Shown: one piece after another, positions 36,555 to 47,435 of the stretch
Layout: every line of letters starts with the position of its first letter
Numbering within the stretch: position 1 is the stretch's first letter
Assembly: GCF_963921235.1 (NCBI RefSeq)
Contig: NC_086097.1
Location: 89,592,001 to 89,656,000 of the forward strand
DNA length: 64,000 nucleotides
Source: Mobula hypostoma
Taxonomy: Eukaryota
Reading direction: 5' to 3'
Made by a program: the position numbers and the translations under genes
Notes under the pieces: generated by a model
What the model saw: only the letters and a program-made list of their open reading frames with translations
Told to the model about the DNA's origin: nothing
Database searches by the model: none

Positions 36555-37465
36555 CGCAAGCACAAGAGATTGTTGATGCTGAATCAGGCTGCATGTGTTG
36601 AGGGAAAGGGACCCAATCAAAGTCAGGTTTATTGTTACTGTCTTATATGAAGTGGAAGTTGTGGTTTTGTAGCAGCAGTACAGTGTAAAGACAAAATTAC
36701 TACAAGTTACAAATTAAATAAATGGTGCAAAAAAAAGAGGTATTAATGAGGGATGGAAAGGCAGAGAAGAGGTAGCCAGTGTAAAGAGGTGAGGAGAAGG
36801 GGTGGGCAAGAGCTGGATCCGGGTGATTGATAGATGAGGTTGGCGGGGTAGGAATGGTATCAGGAGCTGCAGGGTGATGACGGAGTCGGAGAGGAAAGGA
36901 AAGTGATGCATGGAACAGAGGTGGGAAGTGCAGATGGGAGCAGTGGGGGAGGGGAACTAGTGGGAGGACTGTGTGTATGTATGTGATGGACAGATAGAAG
37001 GGATGAAGGGATGGGTGGAAGAGGCTGATGTAAGTGTAGGAGGAGCTGGGGAGATCAGGAAGTGAAAGAAAGGGACAAGGGGGGGTGTAGTTTACAGGAA
37101 GATGGAAAATACAGAGTTCATTCCCCTGGGTTTACTCAGACTGATAGACATTTGAAATGCCATCCTTTTCTGTCAGATTCCATCACCTCCTGTTGGCCCC
37201 ACCTATCAGCTCCCAGTCTCTATCTCTACCTCCACACTCCCTCCTCCTACCGGGTTCCATCGGCTCATGAACACCTCCTCACTTGGATCCGCCGATCATT
37301 TTCCAGCTCCTGCCTCATCCGTCCCCCTCACCATTTTACAGTATACGGTCTGTCCAGATGCAGGGTGTCAACCCGAAATGTCACTCATCCCTCTGCCTCC
37401 ACTGAATCTGCCTAATCTGCTAGATCCCTCCAGCAGCTTGTTTTTGGCTCCAGGTTGCAGCATCA
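36555..37465. mobile_element. old inverted pair of Penelope 3' regions, with a Rex tail inserted at about 36618-36745
   Basis: Purine-rich 36750-36910 is the reverse of pyrimidine-rich 37160-37335; hammerhead remnant cagatgc-agggtgtcaaccc-gaaatgtc at 37355-37382. Confidence 0.55.
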
Positions 37466-37469
37466 GCTT

Positions 37470-37945
37470 GGAGGAGTGAGGAGAAAGTTGACAAGGATGC
37501 TGTCAAGACTTGAGGCCCTGAGTTATAGGGGAAGGTTGAGTAGTTAGAACTTTACTCCCTGGAGCACAGGAGATGAGAGCAAATCTTATAGAGGTATACA
37601 AGATGACAGATATTTATAGTGGTATAGATAGGGTGAAAGTATGCAGGCTTTCCCCCCTCAGTTTGGATTAGAGGTCACAGATTTAGGGTGAAAGGTGAAA
37701 TATTCCAGGGAATCTGTGGGGGATCTTCTTCAGTCAGAGAGTGGAACAAGCTGCCTGCTGAAGTGGTAGATGCAGTTTCAGTTATAACATTTCAGAGGAG
37801 TTTGTATAAGTACATTTGAAAGAGTTGGAGGGATAGGATCCAGTTGCAGGTAGAAGAGACTGAGCAGATGATCAGGTAGGTACAGACTAGATGGGCTGAA
37901 GGGCCTGTTTCTGTGCTGTGGTGCTCCTTGACTCTGATTCTATCT
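37470..37945 (+). mobile_element. CR1 3' fragment
   Basis: LSY.GRL..L.LYSLEHRR; tail gggctgaagggcctgtttctgtgctgt. Confidence 0.8.
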
Positions 37946-37954
37946 GCAGTCTTT

Positions 37955-38730
37955 AAGAACATAGAACAGGACAACAAAGGAACCAACCTTTCAGCCCACA
38001 ATATCTGTGCCTAACACAATGCCAAATTAGACTAAATCTCTATCACTCACTTCTCTTCATATTATTCCGCTTTTCTAAAAGCCTCTTAACCTCTATTGTA
38101 TCGCCTTTCACCACAACCCTCTGGCAGCTTGTTACAGACTCCCAGCACTCTGTGTGTAAAAAAAGCTTTTCCCTCACATATCCCTTAAATTTTCCCCCCT
38201 CTCACTTTAAAGTTGTATCCTCTAATATTTGAAAATTCTACCCTGGGAAAAAGATTCTAATTGTAAAGGGTTTCTAGTGCTTTCCTAGTGTATACAATAA
38301 ATAAACCCTTCTCAGGCTTCCAGCCAGGTACAGGTATCGATTATATCCGATGCTTCGATGACAAACTCCATCATCTCCATCAAGAAGATGGCAGAGTTTG
38401 TCATCGAAACGACCATTATAATCGACACCTGTACCCAGCTGGAAGCCTGAGAAGAGTTTATTTGAAGATTCTAATCGTCTACCCTTCCTATGCCTATCAA
38501 GATGTATATTAAAAATACTTCTATCAGGTTTACCCTCAGCTTCTGATGTTCCAGAGAAAATAATCAATGTTTGTCTAACTTCTCCTTATAACTCATACCC
38601 TCTAATCCAGTAAGCATCCTGGTAAATCCTTTCTGCACCCTCCCTAAAGCTTCCACATTCTTCATGTACTGCAACAAGCAGAGCTGCACATGATACTCCA
38701 TTACAACAGAACTAAGGTTTTATACCGCTG
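37955..38730 (-). mobile_element. CR1 3' fragment
   Basis: Reverse tail aagaacatagaacag..ttcagcccacaa; CR1 coding remnants to 38730. Confidence 0.75.
38262..38464. mobile_element. inverted pLTR pair of a second (Poseidon-like) Penelope family
   Basis: Imperfect hairpin of about 165 bp (38298-38463); 11-bp TSD aagattctaat (38251-38261, 38465-38475); hammerhead-like aagaagatggcagagtttgtcatcgaaacg on + and a mirror copy on -. Confidence 0.65.
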
Positions 38731-38899
38731 CCACCCTTGTGCTGCCGTCAGATGCCGGAAATGCACAGAGGTCAAGGGGCGAGAGGAAGAAAGCAATGAT
38801 TCCGCCAGTGTTTGATCAATCATTTATCTTGAATAGTGGAGTAGGCCTCCCCCTGCTCCCCGTTCCTTTGTGAGCAATGCCAGAGGAGATCCCCCAGTA

Positions 38900-39010
38900 C
38901 ACTCAAGTCCCGAAGAAGGGTCTCAGCCTGAGACGTTAACTGATTATTCCCCTCTATAGATGCTGCCACACTTGCTGACTTCCCCCGGCATTTTGCGTGC
39001 ATTGCCCCAG
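38900..39010 (+). mobile_element. Penelope pLTR fragment with mutated hammerhead
   Basis: agtc-ccgaaga-agggtctcagcct-gagacgtt-aactg..gatgctgcc. Confidence 0.7.
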
Positions 39011-39514
39011 CATAATCGCTGTGATGAGGCTGGTAAAAATCTAGCAATAGTTATGTTGGGAGTGTGAATTCTGCTTGTCACTTGAGAGCCCAGCGCATGA
39101 CTTCACTTTATTTTCATGGGTAGTGAAAATGTGGGTTGAGCTCAGCTGTGTTTACAGTGACTTTTAATAGAAGGGTAATTGGTAGTTTGCATCAAGTTTG
39201 AAGTAACGCAGGCAGAACTGACTAACTGCTACACTTACAGTGAATCACCTAACCCTGTGAGCAACCTCTCCAGAAACGGTAAGGCACACTTCACAGTGCA
39301 AGGAGGAGGGTGCTCCAAGTCAGATGAAAACAGGGACAATGTTAATGAAGGCCAGGAAAATAGATCTCATCTCTAGAGAGATGGAACTGAAAAGCAGTAG
39401 GGCTGTGTTAAACCCTTCAAGCATTGGGTGGAAGTACGGAGCAGAGGTTTCTATATTACATAACAGGTCCCAGATGAATGAAAAAAGTGCAAAAAATGGT
39501 TGACAAGGGCACCC

Positions 39515-40680
39515 AGAATCAGAATCGGGTTTATTATCACTGACATATGTCATGAAATTTGTTACTTTGTGGTAGCGGTACATTGCAAAACAAAAAAAAT
39601 TACTATTAGTTACAAAAAGTAAACAAAGAGTGCCAAAGAATAGTTAGGCATTGTTCATGGGGTCATAGGCCATTCAGAAATCTGACTGCGGAGATGAAGA
39701 AGTTGTATCTAAAACATTATACAAACATAGAAAATCTACAGCACATTACAGGCCTTTCGACCCACAGTGTTGTGCCGACCATGTAACCTACTCTCGAAGT
39801 TGCCTAGAATTTCCCTACTGCACAGCCCTCTAATTTTCTAAGCTCCATGTACCACCTAAGAGTTGCATAAAAGACCCTGTTGTATCCGCCGCTATCACCT
39901 TCGCTGGCAGTGCATTCCATTATGTGTGGGTCTTCAGGCTCTGTACCTCCTCCCCAATGGTATTAATGAGAAGAGGGCATGTCCCTTACAGTGAGAGTCC
40001 TTAATGATGGACGCCACCTCGTTGAAGGAAAACCGCTTGAAGATACCCTTGATAGCAAGGAGATTTGTGCCCATGATGAAGCTGTCTTAGTCATAATCCT
40101 CTTTCAATCCCACACATTGAAGCCTTCATATCAGGCAGTGATGCATCCAGTCAGAATGCATAGTCACAAACAAGAGAAAACCTGCAGATGCTGGAAATCC
40201 AAGCCACACACACAAAGTGCTGGAGGAACTCAGCAGGCTAGGCGGCATCTACAGAAAAGAGTACAGTCCAAAGAATGCATGGTCAACCGTATATCTGTGG
40301 AAATTTGCGGGAATGTTTGGTGACGTACCAGATCTCCTCAAACTCCTAATGAAGCAGGGCCACTGACACACCTTCTTTGTGATTGTATCATTGCGTTGGT
40401 CTCAGGATAGATCCGTGCAGATGTTGATGCCCAGAAGCCTGAAGCTGCTCACTTTTTCCACTGCTGATTCTTTAATGAGGACTGGCATGCTTTCCCCTGA
40501 CTTCCTCTTCCTGAAGACCACAATCAGTTTCTTGGCCTTGTTGACAATGAGTGCAACAGCTGATGTATCTCATTCTTGAATGCCCCCTCATTGCCATCTG
40601 AGATTTTGCCGACAACGGTGCTTTCTTCAGTGAACTTATAGGTGGTATTTGAGCCACACAGTCACGAGAGAAAAGACAGT
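39515..40680 (-). mobile_element. Rex-type LINE 3' fragment with nested CR1 (39722-39920, minus) and PLE end
   Basis: Reverse (TCTGAT) tail at 39515; KETDCGLQEE/FKLLG-type RT remnants. Confidence 0.75.
40162..40271 (-). mobile_element. Penelope pLTR 3' segment
   Basis: Reverse of gactgtactcttt..gatgccgcctagcctgctgagttcctccagca..ccagcatctgcagg; TSD agaatgcat (40153-40161, 40272-40280). Confidence 0.82.
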
Positions 40681-41029
40681 AATAATAATCCTGAACAACT
40701 AAACATTTTGAGCCTTTTGTAGCAGATTGCTAACGGGTAACCTAAAAGTGGTCATCTTGTGGCAGAGATTAAAATCAGGGAATAAAAATATAGCTGTAAG
40801 TAAATTGACAAAGGAACAGAAAAATCCCTTTATCCACAAAGGTGCAGGAATGTGGGCCTTAATGCCACATGGAATGGTGAAGGAAAACAGCAAAGAAGTA
40901 CTGAAGAACTGAACCATCTTGAATGAGTGGTCTCCTTGGATTCAGCTGAGAGTAGAGTCTCACCTGAGAACTCTCCAAGATTTAGTCAGAACTCTCAGTA
41001 CCTTCATGAAGTCCAGGTCACGCAATCAT

Positions 41030-41845
41030 TGCACAGTAAACTCATCTGCAAGCTCCTAAACACCTCCCTCTGCAACTGGATCCTAGACTTCCTGGCCAAT
41101 GGATCACAATCAATAATCTTAGGCAGCAACATCTCCAAAACAATTATTCCCAACATTGATGCCCCACAACACTGTGACCTCAGCTCCCTATCTTACTCAT
41201 AATATACTCATAAAGAAATTTCCTCAGGGTAAACATCACTAATAGCTTGTTCTAGACCAACCATGGTAAATGACATGGGAAAGAGGCTGCAGAAGCTGGG
41301 CATTGATTCACCCTTGCCAACTTTTATAGAAGAACCATAGAAAGCATCATAATGGGACGTATCTCAGCTTGATATAGCAACTGCTCTGTCCATGATATCA
41401 TGAAACTGAGGACACAGCTCAGCATATCCCAAAACTACCTTCCTCTCCATACATTCCGTCTGCACTTCTGGCAGTCTCACTGAAGAAGTCAATGTAATCA
41501 AAGGCTCCACCTACATTCTCACTTCTCCCCCCACCTCATTAGACAAAAGATAAAACAGACCAAGAGCACATAAAACAATATCACGGACAGCTTCTATCCT
41601 AATGTTATAGATTATTAAACAAAATTTATTGCGTGATAAAATGGACTCGACCTCACAATCTATCTGGACCTTGGACCTTATTTTTTGCCTGCACTACACT
41701 TTCTCTGTAATTGTAATACTTCAGTCTGCATTCTGTTATTGTTTTCTGTTGTTCTACTTTGATGTACTGATGTGATGGAACTATCTACATGGACTGGTGC
41801 CAGGAGTTTTCACTGTACATGTGACATTAATACACCGATCTACCG
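41030..41845 (+). mobile_element. degraded Rex-type LINE fragment
   Basis: KLICKL..TSLCNWILDFL; decayed 3' part and tail. Confidence 0.65.
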
Positions 41846-41889
41846 ATTTGCCAGCAGGCCTGCTTCTGAGTTTGACTTTGCACACAAGA

Positions 41890-42535
41890 GGGCTGATTGT
41901 GGGTTACAGGAGGAACAGAGACGGGCTTGGCCCGATCGACATCAATGGGTCTGCAGCTGAGAGGGTTTGTAGTTTCAAGTTCCTCAGTATACACATCATC
42001 GATGATCTCACCGGGACTGTACACACTGGGTTTACGGCAGAAAAAGCACAACAGCGTCTCTTCCACCTCAGGCAACTGAAGAAGTTTGGCACGGGCCCCC
42101 AGACCCTCAAGACCTTCTACAGGGACATCTATGAGAGCACACTGACTGGCTGTATCACCGCCTGGTACAGAAACTGCTCCAACCTTGATCGCTGGGCAAT
42201 GCAGAGAGTGGTACGGACAGCCCAGTGCATCTGTGGATGTGAACTTCCCTCTACTGAGGACATTTACAGCAACAGGTGCAGAAAGAAGGCCTAGAAGATC
42301 TTCAGGGACACCAGACACCCCAACCATAAACTGTTTCTGCTGCTTCCATCTGGCAAACAGTACCGCAGCATTAAAGCCAGGACCAACAGGCTATGGGACA
42401 GCTTCTTTCTACAAGCCATTAGACTTTTAAATTCACTTCTGTACATTGCAATGGAATCATAACGCTAGATTTTTTTTCCCCTCACATTATGGGATGGATG
42501 TAAGATTTAAATGAATTCGAATCTAATCTAATTCT
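41890..42535 (+). mobile_element. Rex-type LINE 3' fragment
   Basis: SFKFLSIHI.DDL..AQQRLFHLRQLKKF..ESTLTGCITAWY; (AATCT)n tail. Confidence 0.88.
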
Positions 42536-43434
42536 AATATACACAACCTTTACACACCTAAACTGAGGTCATCGAGGCTGCTGGCAACAGTGGTTGTGTA
42601 CATGTTCAATATCAGATTCTACGTCCTGTAAGAGCTGCCAGGTGGGGAGAGGTGAGAGACAAACAACAGGAGGAAACATAAAAACTGATATGATCTCAAT
42701 CAGATATGATAAAAATGGGCTTCAACTCAGTGTATTTAAATCAAGTGAAACTTGACAGTGTACAGCCTGTTCCATGACAGTTTCACTTGTTAGTCCCTGT
42801 TGTTAATGAGGAGGTGGTGGGGTAGGATGAGCTGGGGAATCTGTGGAAGGCAATGAAACAAGTAAAAGGGAGCATCTGAATGCCAGGCCAACCTTAATGA
42901 TGAGCTTCGTGTAAATATACACAAACAAATTATTGCCTGACTCCCAGTCAGTTTTGCTTCTCAAGAGAGAAGAGGAACGTAAGAGCAGGAGGCTACAGCT
43001 GGTGACTCGTGGGAGTGGTTCCAAAAGCGAGAAGGTATGGCGAGAATAAGAAGAGGAACCCCTCAGGACTTAATGTTGAATTAAATAATCTCAGATAAGC
43101 AGAACTTCATAGTTTGTGTTGGAACAGGCCAGTTCTGATGAAATCTTGTCAGCCTATAGCATTAACACAGTTGTTCTCTTTCCACAACTGCTGCCTGACC
43201 AGCTGGGTATTTCCAACAATTTGATTTTTATTTCAGACTTTTAGCTTCTGCAGTGTTTTCAGTCATACAGTTCTTATGTTACTTGTATTTTCCCATCTGC
43301 TTATTTTAATTCCACTTCAACTTACACATTTTCCTAGACCGATCAGCCATGCCCATTCCCTTCTTCTTATGCTGTCTGACCCACTGAGCATTGCTGTGCA
43401 GCACCTTCACCTCCTCCCAGTCAGCACCATCACC

Positions 43435-44530
43435 AATTGTGTCAATGCCTCCTTGTGCAATTGGACCCTCCATTTCCTCACAAGCAGACTCCAGTCAATC
43501 CGGACTGGCAACAACATCTCATCTCCATCAGTACAGGTGCACCACAGGCCTGAGTGCTTAGCCCCCCTACTCTACTGGCTTTACACTTATGACTGTGAGG
43601 CTGAGCACAGCTCCAATGCCATATTCAAGTTTGTTGACAGCACCACTGTTGTAGGCCGAATCAAAGGTGGTGATGAATCAGCTTACAGGAGGGAGACTGA
43701 AAATATGATCAAGTGCTGCCTTAATAACAAGCTCTCTCTCAATGTCAGCAAGAACGAGGAGCTGATTATTGACTTCAGGAGGAGGAATCTGGAGGTCCAT
43801 GTGCCAGTCCTCATTGGAGGTGGAGAGGGTCAGCAACTTTAAATTCCTTGGTGACAACATTTCAGAGGATCTGCCTTGGGTCCAACATATAACTGCCATT
43901 ATAAAGAAGACACAGCAGCAACTCTACTTCATTAGGAGTTTGTGAAGTTTTGGCATGACACCTAAAACTTTGACTAACTTCTATAGATGTGTGGTGGAGA
44001 GCATATTGAGTGGTGGCATCACGGCCTGGTATGGAAACACCAATGCTCTTGAAGGGAAAATCAAACAAAAGTAATGGCTCAGTGCATCATGGGTAAAGCC
44101 TTCCCCACCAATGAGCACATCCACATGGAGCATTGTCGCAGGAAAGCAGCATCCATCATCAGGGGCCCCCACCACCCAAGTCATGCTCACTTCTCACTGC
44201 TGTCACCAGGTTCAGGGACAGTTATTAACTCTCAGCCATCAGTCTCCTGAACCAGAGGGGGATAACTTCACTCACCCCATCACTGAACTGTCCCCCACAA
44301 CCAGTGGACTCCCTTTCAACGTCTCTTCATTTCATGTTCTCATATTTATTGCTTATTTGTTTGTTTGTTTGTCTTTTGCACACTGGTTGTTTGCCTGTCC
44401 CGTTGGGTGCAGGCTTTCATTGATTCCATTGTTTCTCAGATTTACTGTGTATGTCCACAGGAAAATGAATCTCAGAGTTGTATACAGTGACATGCATATA
44501 CTATGATAATAAATTTACTTTGAACTTTGA
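43435..44530 (+). mobile_element. Rex-type LINE RT and 3' end
   Basis: SLCNWTLHFLT..LAPLLYWLYTYDC..KFVDSTTVVG..LNVSK..ELIIDFRR; (CTTTGAA) tail. Confidence 0.85.
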
Positions 44531-44769
44531 TTTTTTTTCTCCCTCTCAATCTCCAGACATTCTCTTCATTCTCTCCAACCTTCTCCCTTAAAACACGTTG
44601 GCTATTTAGTTGTTCTTATCTCTAATGAAAGGTCATTGACCCAAAATATTAATTCTGCTCCTCTCCACAGATGATACTTAACCTGCTGAGTATTTTACTG
44701 TTTCGTTGGGCCAAGGAAATCTGATCATGGCCAGGACTGGGGAGGAAGAATTCTTTATCCAACAAGAGC

Positions 44770-45850
44770 TTGACGATGGCTGCTGCTTTTCTGTGACAAT
44801 GCTCCACGTAGGTGTGCCCAATGGTGGGGAGGGGTTTACCCACAATGCACCGGGCCATATCCATTACTTTTTGTAGGATTTTCCCTTCAAGAGCATTGGT
44901 GTTTCCTTCTTTATTTCTATATTAATCATTTTATTGATTTATTGAGCATATACACAAACAAGAGGAGAATTATCTCAAATATATATATCAATAACAATAC
45001 AAACAGGAAGTGAAATAGACATTATCAAAATCATACATAGTATTAAGCTAATATATAGTATATAATAAAAAAGAAGAGCTAATTCTCCTCTTATCAATTC
45101 ATGGAGAGAGAAAAAAAACTTTAAACTTTTAAATGAAGAAGAAAAAAACCCACTACACTATACGACAAAAGGAAAAAAAAATGGACTGGGCAGTCCATTC
45201 TGAGGATATGACCAAAAAAAAAAGGAAAGACTTTGTAAACAAATCTAAAACTTCGAAAAAAAATAATTGCAAGAGTAATAAATCAATTTAAATGAAAATA
45301 TTGAATAAAGGGTGGTCAGATTTGCTCAAATTTAAAGGATGTATCAAATGTCCGACTTCTTATTTTCTCTAAACTTAAACAGGACATAATGTAGGAAAGC
45401 CAATAAAAGACCATAGGTGGATTAGAATCTTTCCACTTCAGTAAAATAGCTCTCCTAACCAATAAAGTTGAAAAGGCTATCATGCGTTGAGCAGAAACAG
45501 GAATATTTCCTGCTTCCGATGGGATAATCCCAAAGATTACCGTAAATAAATTAGGTTGTAGGTCTAGATCCAAGACTTTTGATAGTGTTTTAAAAACATC
45601 TCTCCAAAAATTATCTAGCTTTATGCAAGATCAAAACATATGAGTTAAAGTGGCCACCTCAATATTACATCTGCCGCAAATAGGATTGATGTTGGAAAAA
45701 ACACATGCTAGTTTATCCTTTGACATATGGGCTCGATGCACTACCTTTCCATAGTGGGCCGTGATGCCACCAGTCAATGTACTCTCCTCCACACATCTAT
45801 AGAAGTTTGTCAAAGTTTTAGATGTCACGCTGAACCTTCACAAGTTTCTG
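44770..45850 (-). mobile_element. Rex-type fragment split by an L1 insertion
   Basis: KTLTNFYRCVEESTLTGGITA (45750-45830) continues at 44770-44906. Confidence 0.7.
44907..45745 (-). mobile_element. L1-clade LINE 3' end (CCHC zinc knuckle and 3' UTR)
   Basis: KVVHRAHMSK..CGRC...ATLTHMF.SC..L..FW..RRAILLKWK..PP...WL...LEKI; aataaa plus A-rich tail; flanking tttcc repeat. Confidence 0.8.
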
Positions 45851-45889
45851 CTTGTCTTGTGTCTCAGGAAACGTGACCCAAGACAAGTT

Positions 45890-46014
45890 ATAGGTCCAGA
45901 GCCAAAATATCGACTGTTTATTCCACTCCATAGGTGTTGCCTGACCCGCTGAGTTTCTCCAGCATTTTGTGTGTGTTGCTCAAGATTTCCAGCATTTATA
46001 GAATCTCTTGTGTC
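45890..46014 (+). mobile_element. Penelope pLTR fragment
   Basis: gccaaaatatcgactgtttatt..gcctgacccgctgagtttctccagcattttgtgtgtgttgc; taggtc repeated at both ends. Confidence 0.72.
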
Positions 46015-46761
46015 TAGGTCAGGTCCATTGGCTTGTCCTTGCTGCCTGACATTTCTCTGTTAGTGAATGATTACAGATGGCATTCTATTTATGGTGAAGC
46101 CAAGAATAAGCTACAATGACAAGTGCATCAGTAGCCAAGCTTATCTGTTTTAACCTAAGAGCTGAGCCAGTGTAAGCTTGACCACTATCACAATAGTCAG
46201 CAAAGACACTGGTTTAGATTGAAATGGGGGTGACTCTGCTACTTCAACCATGAACATAATTGGCATTAAAATAAAAGATGCTCCTTCTGTGGAATATTAA
46301 TGCAATTCTACTCCTGAGAATAAGTCTGAAAATCTCAGCCAAGACCTTCTGTGAAAGGAAAATCGCAACCACAACACATAAACAATTTCTCTCCACAGCA
46401 AGTGATGAGCAGCCAGAAGCTCTGAATCTTAGCCCACATGCAACTACAAAGAAATACAGGGCTCTCAAGTAGTATTTGATCATTGACCCCCTCATACCTC
46501 ATCAAAGTCAGCCTCCCAGCTTTATCTCAGCATGATGTCAACATATCAGAGTTGGTTGCCAACTCTGGTTTGGACATTGTCCTGGACATTTCATCATGCA
46601 AACCTCTGCCCCACCCATTCAGTCTTTTTTCTCCATCTCTATTATTTTTAGCAAATAGAGGAGTTTTACGAAACGAAGAGAAAAACACTTTTATTAAAAT
46701 ATCACTTCTCTGGACTTGTCTCACTTGCTTTCAGCCATGCCCATTGTTTCAGTTCATAAAG

Positions 46762-47435
46762 TTTCAAGTTCAAGTTTAATTGTCATTCAACCATTCATGA
46801 ACACCCATGAATACAGCCAAACGAAACAGCATTCCTCTGAGGCCAAGGTGCAGAACACATCCAACAGTCATACACAGCACAAGGCACATATAGCACAAAT
46901 AAGATAGCGGTAAACATGTAGTGACAGAAAATATATAATACAGCCCAAGTCTGAGTGTCATGCCCTGTAGATTGATGGTGCATGGAAGTCGTTGACAGGA
47001 ACAGACATACGCAGCAGTCCACCGACAAACACAATCCAACTTCCAGTGAGTGAACACTGGAGGGCAGCACTGAGGCAAGGGGCCTGGCCCAAGCCAGTAT
47101 GGGTGCCGTACAACACCAGCTCCGGCGTCTTCTCTCCTGGGCGGCTGCAGCAGGTGACACTGTGGCGTGAGGCCATGCAGCTCCACCGCCATTAGTCTTA
47201 GTCTCACCAGCTTCACACACCGACTCCTTTCTGTAGCAGGCAACAACACGATCTGCACCAAGTCCATCTCCTCCAGCTCCCCCTCTATCAAGCAACTTAC
47301 TGATGGGGTAGATCTGAAGTACCTGAAGCTCTTAACATCTAATAGTGTCCTGAGATCGTGAAAAAGATGCTTCAAAAAGACAGTAACACCTTAGGTTGGA
47401 CCCAGAGAGGCCGCTGCTCCCGAGCTTGTGGCCAC
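46762..47435 (-). mobile_element. non-autonomous retroelement with Rex-type tail
   Basis: Reverse tail ttcaagttcaagtttaattgtcattcaacc (compare 27504-27570); GC-rich non-coding body; 5' boundary approximate. Confidence 0.55.

Noticed and set aside
38298..38463. Pre-miRNA hairpin
   Set aside because: Too long, bounded by a TSD inside a CR1, and better explained as an inverted PLE terminal repeat
45631..45828. Rex-L1 chimeric protein
   Set aside because: An in-frame junction created by L1 insertion into a dead Rex fragment; a stop follows immediately
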